In this document: in pieces, positions 30,111 to 38,562 of the stretch | How the letters are laid out: every line of letters starts with the position of its first letter | How positions within the stretch are numbered: the stretch's first letter is position 1 | DNA from: a virus | Strand: one strand, 5' to 3' | IMG/VR virus record: IMGVR_UViG_3300046010_005562 | Length of the DNA: 64,000 nucleotides | The notes under the pieces: model-generated | The model's input: only the letters and a program-made list of their open reading frames with translations | What the model was told of the DNA's origin: nothing | Databases searched by the model: none | Made by a program: the position numbers and the translations under genes

Positions 30111-30805
30111 AATTTTGGTTTCCTTTTACAATTTTCATTATGCCACCTAGTTAGATTAGATGGTGTAGTAATAATTTCACAATATTCACATTTATATTTT
30201 ATCTCTGGGGATAATTTTCTAGGATTAACCCATGCATAGTCATCACATCTAGAATCATCAAAAGGTACTCTAACTATCTCTTTTGTATATATATTTTGAA
30301 GCATAACAAGACCTTTTCTACCTATTTTAGACTTATGTTCAGTAGTCTTTTTTCTTTTCGCTACAGAGTTAACCCATTCTTTAATCTGTTCTGGTGTTTT
30401 ATAACATTTTCCAGAATGAATTTTAGAAAGTTTTATCTTCGTTTCCTCTGTATGATTCTTGCCAAAAAAATTGTTACCTGAACCAGAATATTCTTCTGAT
30501 AAAATACGATTTCTTTCTTTTTTACAATATTCAAAAAGATGAGAATTTATAGATCTTTCTTTCTGACCAATTCCAATTACACTCATACAATGCCATGCAT
30601 GAGCAAGTTCTTTAGTTTTATAAATTTTGTATAATAACCAATGAGCTAGATAATGTTGTCTAGCAGTTAATTCTACTAAATTATTAAGACTATCATCCCC
30701 AAACATACACTTTGGTATAATATGATGTGTTTCTTTATATAAGTCCGATTTTGGATTGTCTTTTGCATCTTGTATAAGATTGTTATAAATTTTAGAATAG
30801 TTCAT
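30107..30805 (-). CDS. Free-standing HNH homing endonuclease (NUMOD3-type tail) between the intein halves
   Basis: ETHHIIPKC...NLVELTARQHYLAHWLL; NNFFGKNHTEETKIKLS; C-terminal CxxC...RWH..NC. Confidence 0.92.
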   Translation of the reverse strand: MNYSKIYNNLIQDAKDNPKSDLYKETHHIIPKCMFGDDSLNNLVELTARQHYLAHWLLYKIYKTKELAHAWHCMSVIGIGQKERSINSHLFEYCKKERNRILSEEYSGSGNNFFGKNHTEETKIKLSKIHSGKCYKTPEQIKEWVNSVAKRKKTTEHKSKIGRKGLVMLQNIYTKEIVRVPFDDSRCDDYAWVNPRKLSPEIKYKCEYCEIITTPSNLTRWHNENCKRKPKL

Positions 30806-30822
30806 AGTTACCTCCTATAAAC

Positions 30823-30830
30823 TATTTATA
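30823..30830 (-). promoter_or_regulatory. T4-type late promoter for the HNH gene
   Basis: TATAAATA followed by AGGAGG and ATG at 30805. Confidence 0.8.
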
Positions 30831-30842
30831 AAATTCTGAATC

Positions 30843-31748
30843 TTAATATACTACTGACTCCATACCTACAATCAGATCTTTAGCTTCAACCCAAACATCA
30901 CCAATTAAAAATTTATGTTTATCTGAACAAACTACTTTAAATCCATCTTCAAATTCAATTTCAAAACATTCAGGTTCACCTTCATCTAAAGTATCTGGAT
31001 TCCAAACAGAAGTTACTTCTTTATCACCTTGTAAGGTTTTTACAATATCACCAACTACAAAATCCTGTACGGGTTTAACTCCTTCTGGTGTTTGAATCAT
31101 AGTATCTTCAACTACACATCCACCACCAACAACATCCTTTGCATACAACTCCATAGTTTTGTATGTATGATTAATAACAACCATAGGAATATCTTTTAGA
31201 GTAAGGTGTGGTGTAACCATTCTAAATAAACTCTTAACTTGCTTTGCTCTAGTCATATCAGCAGCAGATTTTCCTTCAAGAGCATCGTCTACTTCCTTCT
31301 TAGATGCAAGATTACCAATAGAGTCGATAAGAACAATAACCTTATCTCCTCGTTCAATATTATTGATCTGTTGCATTAGATCAAACTTCAACTGTTCAAT
31401 GTCTGTAATTGGTGTATGGAAAACTCTTTCCAAATCAATTCCAAATGATTGGAAATATGATTGCGGAGATCCAAATTCAGAATCATAGAAAAGCAAAACT
31501 GATTCTGGATATTTATCCAAATATGCTTTTGCCATCAATAAAGAAAATCCTGTCTTAAACATTTTTGAAACTCCAGCCCACATGGTAAGACCTGAAGTAA
31601 ATCCTCCATCAAGTCTTGCTGATAAAGCAAGATTAATTACAGGAACTGATGTGGATACCATTTCTTTATTATTAAAGACTTTCGATTTAGAAAGGATAGC
31701 CGAATCCTTAATTGTGCTTGTTTTTTTAAGTTTTTCAATTAAACTCAT
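30843..31748 (-). CDS. uvsX: UvsX N-terminal fragment: 210 aa N-extein plus 91 aa split-intein N-half
   Basis: RecA-like AGVSKMFKT, FYDSEFG, IDSIGNLAS, DMTRAK, NHTY; then GGG/CVVEDTMIQT. Confidence 0.95.
   Translation of the reverse strand: MSLIEKLKKTSTIKDSAILSKSKVFNNKEMVSTSVPVINLALSARLDGGFTSGLTMWAGVSKMFKTGFSLLMAKAYLDKYPESVLLFYDSEFGSPQSYFQSFGIDLERVFHTPITDIEQLKFDLMQQINNIERGDKVIVLIDSIGNLASKKEVDDALEGKSAADMTRAKQVKSLFRMVTPHLTLKDIPMVVINHTYKTMELYAKDVVGGGCVVEDTMIQTPEGVKPVQDFVVGDIVKTLQGDKEVTSVWNPDTLDEGEPECFEIEFEDGFKVVCSDKHKFLIGDVWVEAKDLIVGMESVVY
30846..31118 (-). mobile_element. Split intein N-fragment (blocks A and B)
   Basis: Cys1 CVVEDTMI block A; VCSDKHKF block B His; W..AKDL..G end motif. Confidence 0.92.
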
Positions 31749-31762
31749 ATTATTCTCCTTTT

Positions 31763-32167
31763 TTAATGAATGGTTTTATTTCTAGATTCTCTCATACTTT
31801 CTAGTATATCTTCTTCATAATCTTTCATACTTAACATAAGATCACCAATATCTATCTTATCAATTAATGCATTTTCAAGATCAAACACTAGTGCCATTTT
31901 TGATATTTTATTAAACATATTATTAACATAATTTACAGTTTCTAAAACACAATCATCTACTTCATAATTAGTAATATTTGTCATTATTACAATTGCCCTA
32001 CTTTCCTCTATACTTTGATCTCTTCTACCATCTTCTAATAAGAAGACCAAGGCACTTTGATAAACAATTCTTTCATATTCATCTTCAACCTCGTATATAT
32101 GAATTGATACTAAAGATGTTGAAAATATTGCCCAATTTGGGATTGTTATTTTATTTAAATTTTTCAT
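31763..32167 (-). CDS. Hypothetical protein
   Basis: ORF fills the gap between 43 and uvsX. Confidence 0.6.
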   Translation of the reverse strand: MKNLNKITIPNWAIFSTSLVSIHIYEVEDEYERIVYQSALVFLLEDGRRDQSIEESRAIVIMTNITNYEVDDCVLETVNYVNNMFNKISKMALVFDLENALIDKIDIGDLMLSMKDYEEDILESMRESRNKTIH

Positions 32168-32175
32168 ATATTATA

Positions 32176-34767
32176 TTAAAAGAAATCATCAATGGAATTA
32201 CTTCTTTCCATTTTCCATTTTGCGGCTTCAACCAAGGGCATCATAGGTTTTAAAAATCCTTTTTCGTACATTAGATTATAGTCTATATATTGCTCTAAGT
32301 CAAATTCTTTTGGAAATTTATCTGGATAAGCTATAACATTTTCATGTGTTGGGTTAGGTAATTTTAAGTAAACATACTTAATTTTATCACCATCTTTAAT
32401 AGAAGTTAGCTTTTTATCAAGATTCATATCCATCAATATTTTATTATATATTAAACTAGCTCTAACATAAATTGGGGTTCCTTTGGAATATATAGTTGAA
32501 GAATTTTTATATTTGTTAATACCATTAACTCCTTGAGGAAATGATATTTGATCTATAGTAAGATTGCGATATTCCTTTTTGAAATTCTCTACATAATCAA
32601 TCAACTGATCTTCATCCCCAGATAAGAATATTTGTAGGCAATTCTTCAAAGATTTTTTAATCTCTTTTGGTGTTGTTGACTTAACAACTTCTAATCCTGT
32701 TACTTTAAGCTTTGGTTCAGAATATATAACTCCTTCATTAGAATATACCAAAAGAGCATATCTCTTTTTAGCTCCTGTCCATATTCCAGAAGAACAAATC
32801 TTTTCCAATTTAAAGAAGATTTTATTAGAATAAGAGTTAACATAAGTCGAAAGATCATCAGTAATTGAATATACATAAGGCTGAATCTTCTCAACTGCAA
32901 CCTTATTCAAAAATTCTGTGATTTTTCTAGGATCTGTTATTTCCTTTTTAACAGTTTTATTAACTAATTCTTCAAGAGTTAAAAGGATTGAGTCTGTGTC
33001 AATTCCAAGAACAAAATCTTTATCCTTAGTTCCCAAAGTAGTATTTAGGTATTTGTTAACATTGTCTTGAACAACCCTAATAGATAACTGACCTTCTAGA
33101 GTAATGGCTTCAGCTAATCTAACATCAAAAAATCTAAAAAATTTAGTTCCCATACACCCATACAAAGAATTCAAAGAAAGTTTCTTTGCTTGTTGTAATG
33201 TATCATATTTAGATATCTCATATTCCAAATCCTTTTGTTTCTTTAAAAGATCTGGATTGGAATTTTCTTTCAATTCAGAACAAATCAATTCATATTCCTT
33301 TTCAGCTTTAATTTTCTGAGATTTATAAGTCTGACGAACAGCAAAAACATCTTCAACAATCTCTGTTAAGAATCCTTTTATATCGGTTCTAAAGAACTGA
33401 CCATTTGGTGTTATAGTAACATTCATCTCTTTAAGTTTATCAAGATTTACTTTCTTAGATAATAGAGAATTAACATTTATTCCTGATGAAATAATATTTC
33501 TCATTTCTTCAGTGTAGTTTTCTGGATTTACTATTGTCTCTGGACTAATATTTTTACCCATAATAATACTAGGATATAGTGATGTTGCGTCTAAAGTAAC
33601 AACCCATTTATGCAAACCAGCAATAGGTTCTTTTACAAAAGCTCCTTCATATCCAACATCTTCACCAATCTTAATCATAGGAACTTGTATGTTTTTTTTC
33701 TTTAGAAAATCATATATGATAGAATCCCACATTCTAGTTTGTGTAAAGATATCTTCATAGTTAGTTTTTGAGTCATATGCTAGGATTAAAGCCAAACTCA
33801 ACAACTTACACTTATTATCAAGAGATTCGATTAGCTTAACATCTTGTATGTTATATTCAATAAACTTTTGAAAATCATTGATATATAAATTATGAAGAGA
33901 ACCTTCATAATCAACTTTACTTTCCCCAATTTCAACATTAACTATGGTATTAAGTTTATGATTTTCTTGAGAAGTTCCACCAGGTTGATACTTTTTATAT
34001 AAGGTAACATAGTCTAATGTAGAAATTCCAATGATATTATATGAAATCTCTTCACGCATAAACTTACCACCAACAACAATCTTGTTGGTTTTATCTCTAA
34101 TAATTCCCCACGGAGATAATCTTTTAGTTTCCTTTTCTCCAAGAATCTTTCTAAACCTATTCACAACATACGGAATATCATATCCATCAATATTCCATCC
34201 TGTCATAGCATCAATACTCTCACTTTCCCAAAATTCTAAGAAAGTTTTACATAAAGTATATTCATCTTTACATCTAAAATATTTTACATCGTCAGGAGCA
34301 TTAAATTCATTATATCCCCATACATAGGTATTAGGTTGTCCAAGAAATTTTATAGAAATAGATATAATAGGCTGAAAAGGATTTTCTGGATAAGAAAATC
34401 CGCCATCATCTGGATCTGAATTAACTTCGATATCGAATATAGCTATTTTTATCTGTCTAATATCCCAATCAATAGGATCTTTAAAAACATCTGAAATAAA
34501 ACAATATTGAAATCTATCATTACCATAGATTTTAAAGTTTTCTATAGCTTCATGTTTTTTGATGAATTCCTTAGTTTTTCTAATAGAACCCTTCTTTATC
34601 TTCTGAAGATATTCTCCAGTTAGAGTTTTATATTTAGATTCGGAATTAGTTGGTATGAATAGAGAAGGAGAATAAGGGACTTTTGTTTTTACTCGTCTAC
34701 CATTTCTATATCCTAAATATAGGATATCATCCCCTAAAATTTGGACATTTGTGTAAAAATTAGACAT
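32176..34767 (-). CDS. 43: Family B DNA polymerase (T4 gp43), intact
   Basis: FDIEV, GWNIDGYD, YNIQD exonuclease motifs; DATSLYPS, KLSLNSLYG, DTDS. Confidence 0.98.
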   Translation of the reverse strand: MSNFYTNVQILGDDILYLGYRNGRRVKTKVPYSPSLFIPTNSESKYKTLTGEYLQKIKKGSIRKTKEFIKKHEAIENFKIYGNDRFQYCFISDVFKDPIDWDIRQIKIAIFDIEVNSDPDDGGFSYPENPFQPIISISIKFLGQPNTYVWGYNEFNAPDDVKYFRCKDEYTLCKTFLEFWESESIDAMTGWNIDGYDIPYVVNRFRKILGEKETKRLSPWGIIRDKTNKIVVGGKFMREEISYNIIGISTLDYVTLYKKYQPGGTSQENHKLNTIVNVEIGESKVDYEGSLHNLYINDFQKFIEYNIQDVKLIESLDNKCKLLSLALILAYDSKTNYEDIFTQTRMWDSIIYDFLKKKNIQVPMIKIGEDVGYEGAFVKEPIAGLHKWVVTLDATSLYPSIIMGKNISPETIVNPENYTEEMRNIISSGINVNSLLSKKVNLDKLKEMNVTITPNGQFFRTDIKGFLTEIVEDVFAVRQTYKSQKIKAEKEYELICSELKENSNPDLLKKQKDLEYEISKYDTLQQAKKLSLNSLYGCMGTKFFRFFDVRLAEAITLEGQLSIRVVQDNVNKYLNTTLGTKDKDFVLGIDTDSILLTLEELVNKTVKKEITDPRKITEFLNKVAVEKIQPYVYSITDDLSTYVNSYSNKIFFKLEKICSSGIWTGAKKRYALLVYSNEGVIYSEPKLKVTGLEVVKSTTPKEIKKSLKNCLQIFLSGDEDQLIDYVENFKKEYRNLTIDQISFPQGVNGINKYKNSSTIYSKGTPIYVRASLIYNKILMDMNLDKKLTSIKDGDKIKYVYLKLPNPTHENVIAYPDKFPKEFDLEQYIDYNLMYEKGFLKPMMPLVEAAKWKMERSNSIDDFF

Positions 34768-34784
34768 TATATTACTTATAAAAT

Positions 34785-34812
34785 AAAAACCCCTCTTGTT
34801 ACAGAGGGGTTG
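34785..34812 (-). terminator. Terminator-like hairpin immediately upstream of gene 43
   Basis: AACCCCTCT/AGAGGGGTT stem followed by a T run on the minus strand. Confidence 0.7.
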
Positions 34813-34817
34813 TTGGA

Positions 34818-35132
34818 TTAAACTACAATATTTGATTTTGGTGTTATGAGGCCACTGCCAAACATACTTCTGTATTGGTTTACAAATTCATTTCCAATCT
34901 CAATAGGTTTAATTATAACATGATCTTTGTGAAATCTCAAGCTATAATTTGCTCCACGATCAGCATGAATAGGATAAGGAACAAATCCAAAAGAAGGTTG
35001 ATTTGAGTTTTTTGTTGGAATAATTAACAACTGAGCAGGTTCTTCTACAACATACTCATTAGTAGAGTCATCAAATGTAATATCTCCTACAATATCTTCA
35101 TTAGTAATTAATCTCAAAGAACTAATAGACAT
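34818..35132 (-). CDS. Conserved T4-like phage protein, probably Sm-like fold
   Basis: LRLITNEDIVG...FVPY...Y..MFGSGLITP. Confidence 0.65.
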   Translation of the reverse strand: MSISSLRLITNEDIVGDITFDDSTNEYVVEEPAQLLIIPTKNSNQPSFGFVPYPIHADRGANYSLRFHKDHVIIKPIEIGNEFVNQYRSMFGSGLITPKSNIVV

Positions 35133-35133
35133 A

Positions 35134-35544
35134 TCATACCCCAGAATCTTCAGGGGTTTGAATAGCTGCTCTTAAAGAAGTTGAATCAACAGGAATTACA
35201 ACCACTTCATTAGAAATTTGACCTCCTACTTTTTCTTTCAATGAATTTATATAAAGATCTTTATCTTCTTCAGAACTAAATGGAGAAGTATCAGCATAGA
35301 TCAAAAGTTTATCTTCTTCAGACATCTTTAGAAGAGAAAAATCAATCCCTGTATAAGTAAATAAAATTTTCCCTCCTGCTTCTGAAATACTATTTAGAGT
35401 TTCATTGTCTCTAGCTTCAGCCAACCTTTTCAATGCTTGTTCTTCAGTACATCCAGTAATATCTACTTTTACAACAAGAACATCACCTTCACCAAGATTA
35501 AATTTTTCCAAAATTACATTTGCACTTTCAATTTCATTTTCCAT
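35134..35544 (-). CDS. Hypothetical protein
   Basis: ORF with GGAGG ribosome-binding site. Confidence 0.6.
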   Translation of the reverse strand: MENEIESANVILEKFNLGEGDVLVVKVDITGCTEEQALKRLAEARDNETLNSISEAGGKILFTYTGIDFSLLKMSEEDKLLIYADTSPFSSEEDKDLYINSLKEKVGGQISNEVVVIPVDSTSLRAAIQTPEDSGV

Positions 35545-35555
35545 ATTTCCTCCAA

Positions 35556-35912
35556 TTAAGCTTTTCTATATTTCATTTCATATTTTATATTTTCAGGAGT
35601 AAACCACTCTCTTAACATATCAATTACTATAGTTTCATCAAATGATTTACAAGAAAATACATCAAAATACAAATCTCCGTTATGGTCCATAAAATGTCCC
35701 ATAATATTTGATGTTTGAATAAACTGTAAAACAGTCCATCCAGTTAAGTCTCCTTCTCCGAAATGGAGAACTTGAGGATCTCCAAAAGGAACCATGTCAA
35801 TATTTTTTACTAATTCCTTAGTAAAATCAGAAATATAAACAGGGTCTTTGCTCTTAGATAAGTCGCAACCCTTAACATCTAAAATAAGATGATATCCCCA
35901 ATAATCTTCCAT
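35556..35912 (-). CDS. speD: Pyruvoyl-dependent S-adenosylmethionine decarboxylase-like proenzyme
   Basis: GYHLILD, QFIQT/SNI self-cleavage site, DVFSCK. Confidence 0.85.
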   Translation of the reverse strand: MEDYWGYHLILDVKGCDLSKSKDPVYISDFTKELVKNIDMVPFGDPQVLHFGEGDLTGWTVLQFIQTSNIMGHFMDHNGDLYFDVFSCKSFDETIVIDMLREWFTPENIKYEMKYRKA

Positions 35913-35946
35913 TAGCGTAATCTCCTAAAACATTTAATATAAAATA

Positions 35947-36498
35947 TTATTTATAATAATCTAGTTTATTAACAGAGATTCCAAATTTCTTTAAAAAATC
36001 AATACCTTCTGTACTTTTATATTCTGTTGTATAATAGAATTCAGATATTTTAGCACCATATATCAGTTTAGCACAATTAATACAGCAAGAATGAGTACAA
36101 AATAAAGAAGCACCTTCAGAAGATTCATGAGAAGATGCTATCTTCATTAAGAGAGCCTCTTCAGCATGAGATACATAAGGTTTTGTTTTTAAATCATATC
36201 TACCAATAATAGGAGATTGAAGTTCATTATGAAATTTCTCATCACTATATTCAATGTGAGGCCATGTCTTTTCTATAAATTCAACATCAAGCCAAGCACC
36301 AGAATCTGGATTCATCCAAACTTTATCTTCGCAATTATTATTCCATCCTCTAGGAGTTCCATTCCAAGAGAAAGAAATAATATTATCATTCTTAACTAAA
36401 ATCGCACCAACTTTTAATTTTTCAGCATAGGACAATTGAGCAGTCCTATGTGCAACATCAATATAGAACTGTTTTAATTTATCTTTAATCATTATCAA
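35947..36498 (-). CDS. cd: dCMP deaminase
   Basis: KVGAILV, WNGTP, HAEE, CCINCAK. Confidence 0.9.
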   Translation of the reverse strand: MIMIKDKLKQFYIDVAHRTAQLSYAEKLKVGAILVKNDNIISFSWNGTPRGWNNNCEDKVWMNPDSGAWLDVEFIEKTWPHIEYSDEKFHNELQSPIIGRYDLKTKPYVSHAEEALLMKIASSHESSEGASLFCTHSCCINCAKLIYGAKISEFYYTTEYKSTEGIDFLKKFGISVNKLDYYK

Positions 36499-36842
36499 TA
36501 AAATCCACCAGAGAAATAATTATAATCCCATTCGATATCTTTAATATATTTCTTCGGTGTATGTTTATTAGCAATAATATTTTCTAGTATCTTTGATGAT
36601 ATATCTTTAAATTTTGGAGTTTCTACTTCAAAAACACAAGTGTAATTTTCATCATTAGAATTCATTCTAGTTTGAGCAATAGCTCTACCTTCCTTCTTTT
36701 TAAATTGATCATGATTTGATCTAAATGCCCAACCACATTTAACAATATGTTTACCATCTACTTCAATTAGATCTGATACAATAGTTATATCACGGTTCTT
36801 CTTGAAATTACGAATATAAAAGGTTTTAATATTACTCATCAA
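36495..36842 (-). CDS. Hypothetical phage protein
   Basis: DQFKKKEGRAIA..R motif. Confidence 0.6.
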   Translation of the reverse strand: MMSNIKTFYIRNFKKNRDITIVSDLIEVDGKHIVKCGWAFRSNHDQFKKKEGRAIAQTRMNSNDENYTCVFEVETPKFKDISSKILENIIANKHTPKKYIKDIEWDYNYFSGGFY

Positions 36843-36855
36843 TTACTCCAATAAA

Positions 36856-37041
36856 TTAACATTTTTCAATAAATTCTTTATTCATAAAGAATATTCTTTT
36901 ATCAGTTTCACTTTTTTTAATACCAACAAAAAGTATACCATCAATCTTTTTAGTTGGCAAGCTTTCACTTGTATAGTAAATGTCTTGTGTTATTTTTGAT
37001 CTTACTTTTTTAAGTGGTAAGAATTTAGGTTTACGTTTCAT
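36856..37041 (-). CDS. Small basic hypothetical protein
   Basis: AGGAG ribosome-binding site. Confidence 0.55.
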   Translation of the reverse strand: MKRKPKFLPLKKVRSKITQDIYYTSESLPTKKIDGILFVGIKKSETDKRIFFMNKEFIEKC

Positions 37042-37054
37042 AAAAAACTCCTAT

Positions 37055-37082
37055 AAAAAAGGGAGAGGATTGTCTCTCCCTC
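37055..37082 (-). terminator. Rho-independent terminator after hsp20
   Basis: AGGGAGAG/CTCTCCCT stem plus T run on the minus strand. Confidence 0.75.
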
Positions 37083-37105
37083 TTCATTAGATTATATCAG
37101 ATGAA

Positions 37106-37573
37106 TTACAAAATATCAAGCTTTTTCATCTTTTTGTGTTCTGGAATGACGTTTTCTAACAAGATTACAAGAATGCCATTTTCCATAGAAGCACTTTTTA
37201 CTTCAATAGAATCAGCTAATGTAAATTCTCTTGTGAAATCTCTGTTAGCAATGCCTTTATGAATGTAGGAGACTCCTACTTCTTCTGGTTTACTTCCAAC
37301 GATTGTTAATTTACTTTGATTAATGGTGATGTCAATATTTTCTTTAGAAAATCCTGCGACAGCCATTTCAATAACATAAGTATACTCACCATCCTTTCTA
37401 ATATTATAAGGAGGAAAATTACCTACTTTTGGAAGCATTGAAATGTCATTTAGTTGATCCAAAATCCTATCAACACCAACCAACGAATTAAAAAATCTTG
37501 TTGGTAAGTGAAAATTTTCTTCCGAAAATTGATTGTTTGGAAATGTAGACATGTAATTATTTTCGATTTTCAT
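37106..37573 (-). CDS. hsp20: Small heat-shock protein (Hsp20/IbpA-like)
   Basis: FPPYNI, EMAVAGF, HKGIANRDFTREF, ENGIL. Confidence 0.95.
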   Translation of the reverse strand: MKIENNYMSTFPNNQFSEENFHLPTRFFNSLVGVDRILDQLNDISMLPKVGNFPPYNIRKDGEYTYVIEMAVAGFSKENIDITINQSKLTIVGSKPEEVGVSYIHKGIANRDFTREFTLADSIEVKSASMENGILVILLENVIPEHKKMKKLDIL

Positions 37574-37580
37574 TTTATTT

Positions 37581-37596
37581 CTCCTTTTTAAGCGAG
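37581..37596 (-). promoter_or_regulatory. ROSE-like RNA thermometer hairpin over the hsp20 Shine-Dalgarno
   Basis: CUCGCUU-AAA-AAGGAG: UCGCU motif with a bulged G opposite the SD. Confidence 0.65.
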
Positions 37597-37689
37597 TTTA
37601 TATTAAAAGTCTTCCCCCGAAGGCAGAAGTGTATTGGAGGAATATTTTACTTGCCTTTCCTCCAACTGCAAGTCCCATCCCGATGGGTT

Positions 37690-38106
37690 TTATATCTTTT
37701 TCTTAAAAGAACCTATTTGATACTTAGAAATCAACTCGTAGTCTGGTTTCTCTTTATATGAAAGAATTTTAATTTGATTAAGTGGAACAATATCATGCTC
37801 AATAATTTCAGGATTTTTTATATTTAAAAGCTCCCATTCTTCCAACAAAAATGCAATGGTATTTCTTCTTTGAATATCGTTTTCAGTAATATCAGAAGGT
37901 CTATTATCCATTTTAAATAATTCTTTAAAGTGCATTATAGAATACCTACCTCTTTTGTGTAGAATATGAACGCTTTGATATAAAATTTTATCCTTCTTAC
38001 TCAAAACTCCAATTCTAGTTAAAGTCTCTTTTATCTTAAGAAATGATTCTTCATTATCTAAAATAACCTCAACTCCTAATCCTTTAAAAATGTCTTCTTC
38101 CATCAT
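37690..38106 (-). CDS. regA: Translational repressor RegA
   Basis: FLKIKETLTRIGV, LYQSVHILHKRGRY, HFKELF, RRNTIA.LLEEW. Confidence 0.97.
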   Translation of the reverse strand: MMEEDIFKGLGVEVILDNEESFLKIKETLTRIGVLSKKDKILYQSVHILHKRGRYSIMHFKELFKMDNRPSDITENDIQRRNTIAFLLEEWELLNIKNPEIIEHDIVPLNQIKILSYKEKPDYELISKYQIGSFKKKI

Positions 38107-38156
38107 TACAAGATCTCCAAAATAAATAACTTTAAATAGTTTGTTAATACTTGTAT

Positions 38157-38164
38157 TATTTATA
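38157..38164 (-). promoter_or_regulatory. T4-type late promoter upstream of regA
   Basis: TATAAATA in the intergenic region. Confidence 0.6.
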
Positions 38165-38169
38165 AAGAT

Positions 38170-38562
38170 TTAAATTTTAACAACACTACTTTTATCTAAG
38201 ACTTTTCTTATATGGTTCAATTGATCTTCTGATATTAAATTTGATACTTCTTTAGCTTTTTTAAAAGAATAATTAAAATATTCCTGTATTAATTTAATAT
38301 CATCATAAGAAGAACCAGACTTAATCCACTTTCTAAAAGGTCTTTTGTACGGTTTGATAGAATAAAACAAATAATCATACTGAAGTTTTTTATCCAGATT
38401 CTTATAAAAATTTAAATCTTGAGCGAATAAAATACAATCTATATGATATGACAATGCTCTATTAACAACAAAAGGAACATACTCATTTTCTTCTATATTT
38501 GAATGTAGTTGATATTTCTTAGTATCTAAAATAGAAGGAATACAATCCTTAAAAAGATCCAT
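38170..38562 (-). CDS. 62: Clamp loader small subunit (gp62)
   Basis: YVPFVVNRALS, QYDYL, KW, YS..KAKE; synteny with 44 and regA. Confidence 0.92.
   Translation of the reverse strand: MDLFKDCIPSILDTKKYQLHSNIEENEYVPFVVNRALSYHIDCILFAQDLNFYKNLDKKLQYDYLFYSIKPYKRPFRKWIKSGSSYDDIKLIQEYFNYSFKKAKEVSNLISEDQLNHIRKVLDKSSVVKI

Noticed and set aside
29562-31748. uvsX as a pseudogene or as interrupted by a group I intron
   Set aside because: Both halves carry intact intein motifs exactly at the junction. The spacers around the HNH gene (37 nt and an overlap) leave no evident room for an intron core.
32176-34767. Split or intein-containing gp43; inteins in gp41, gp17 or NrdA
   Set aside because: All are of normal length with continuous motifs.
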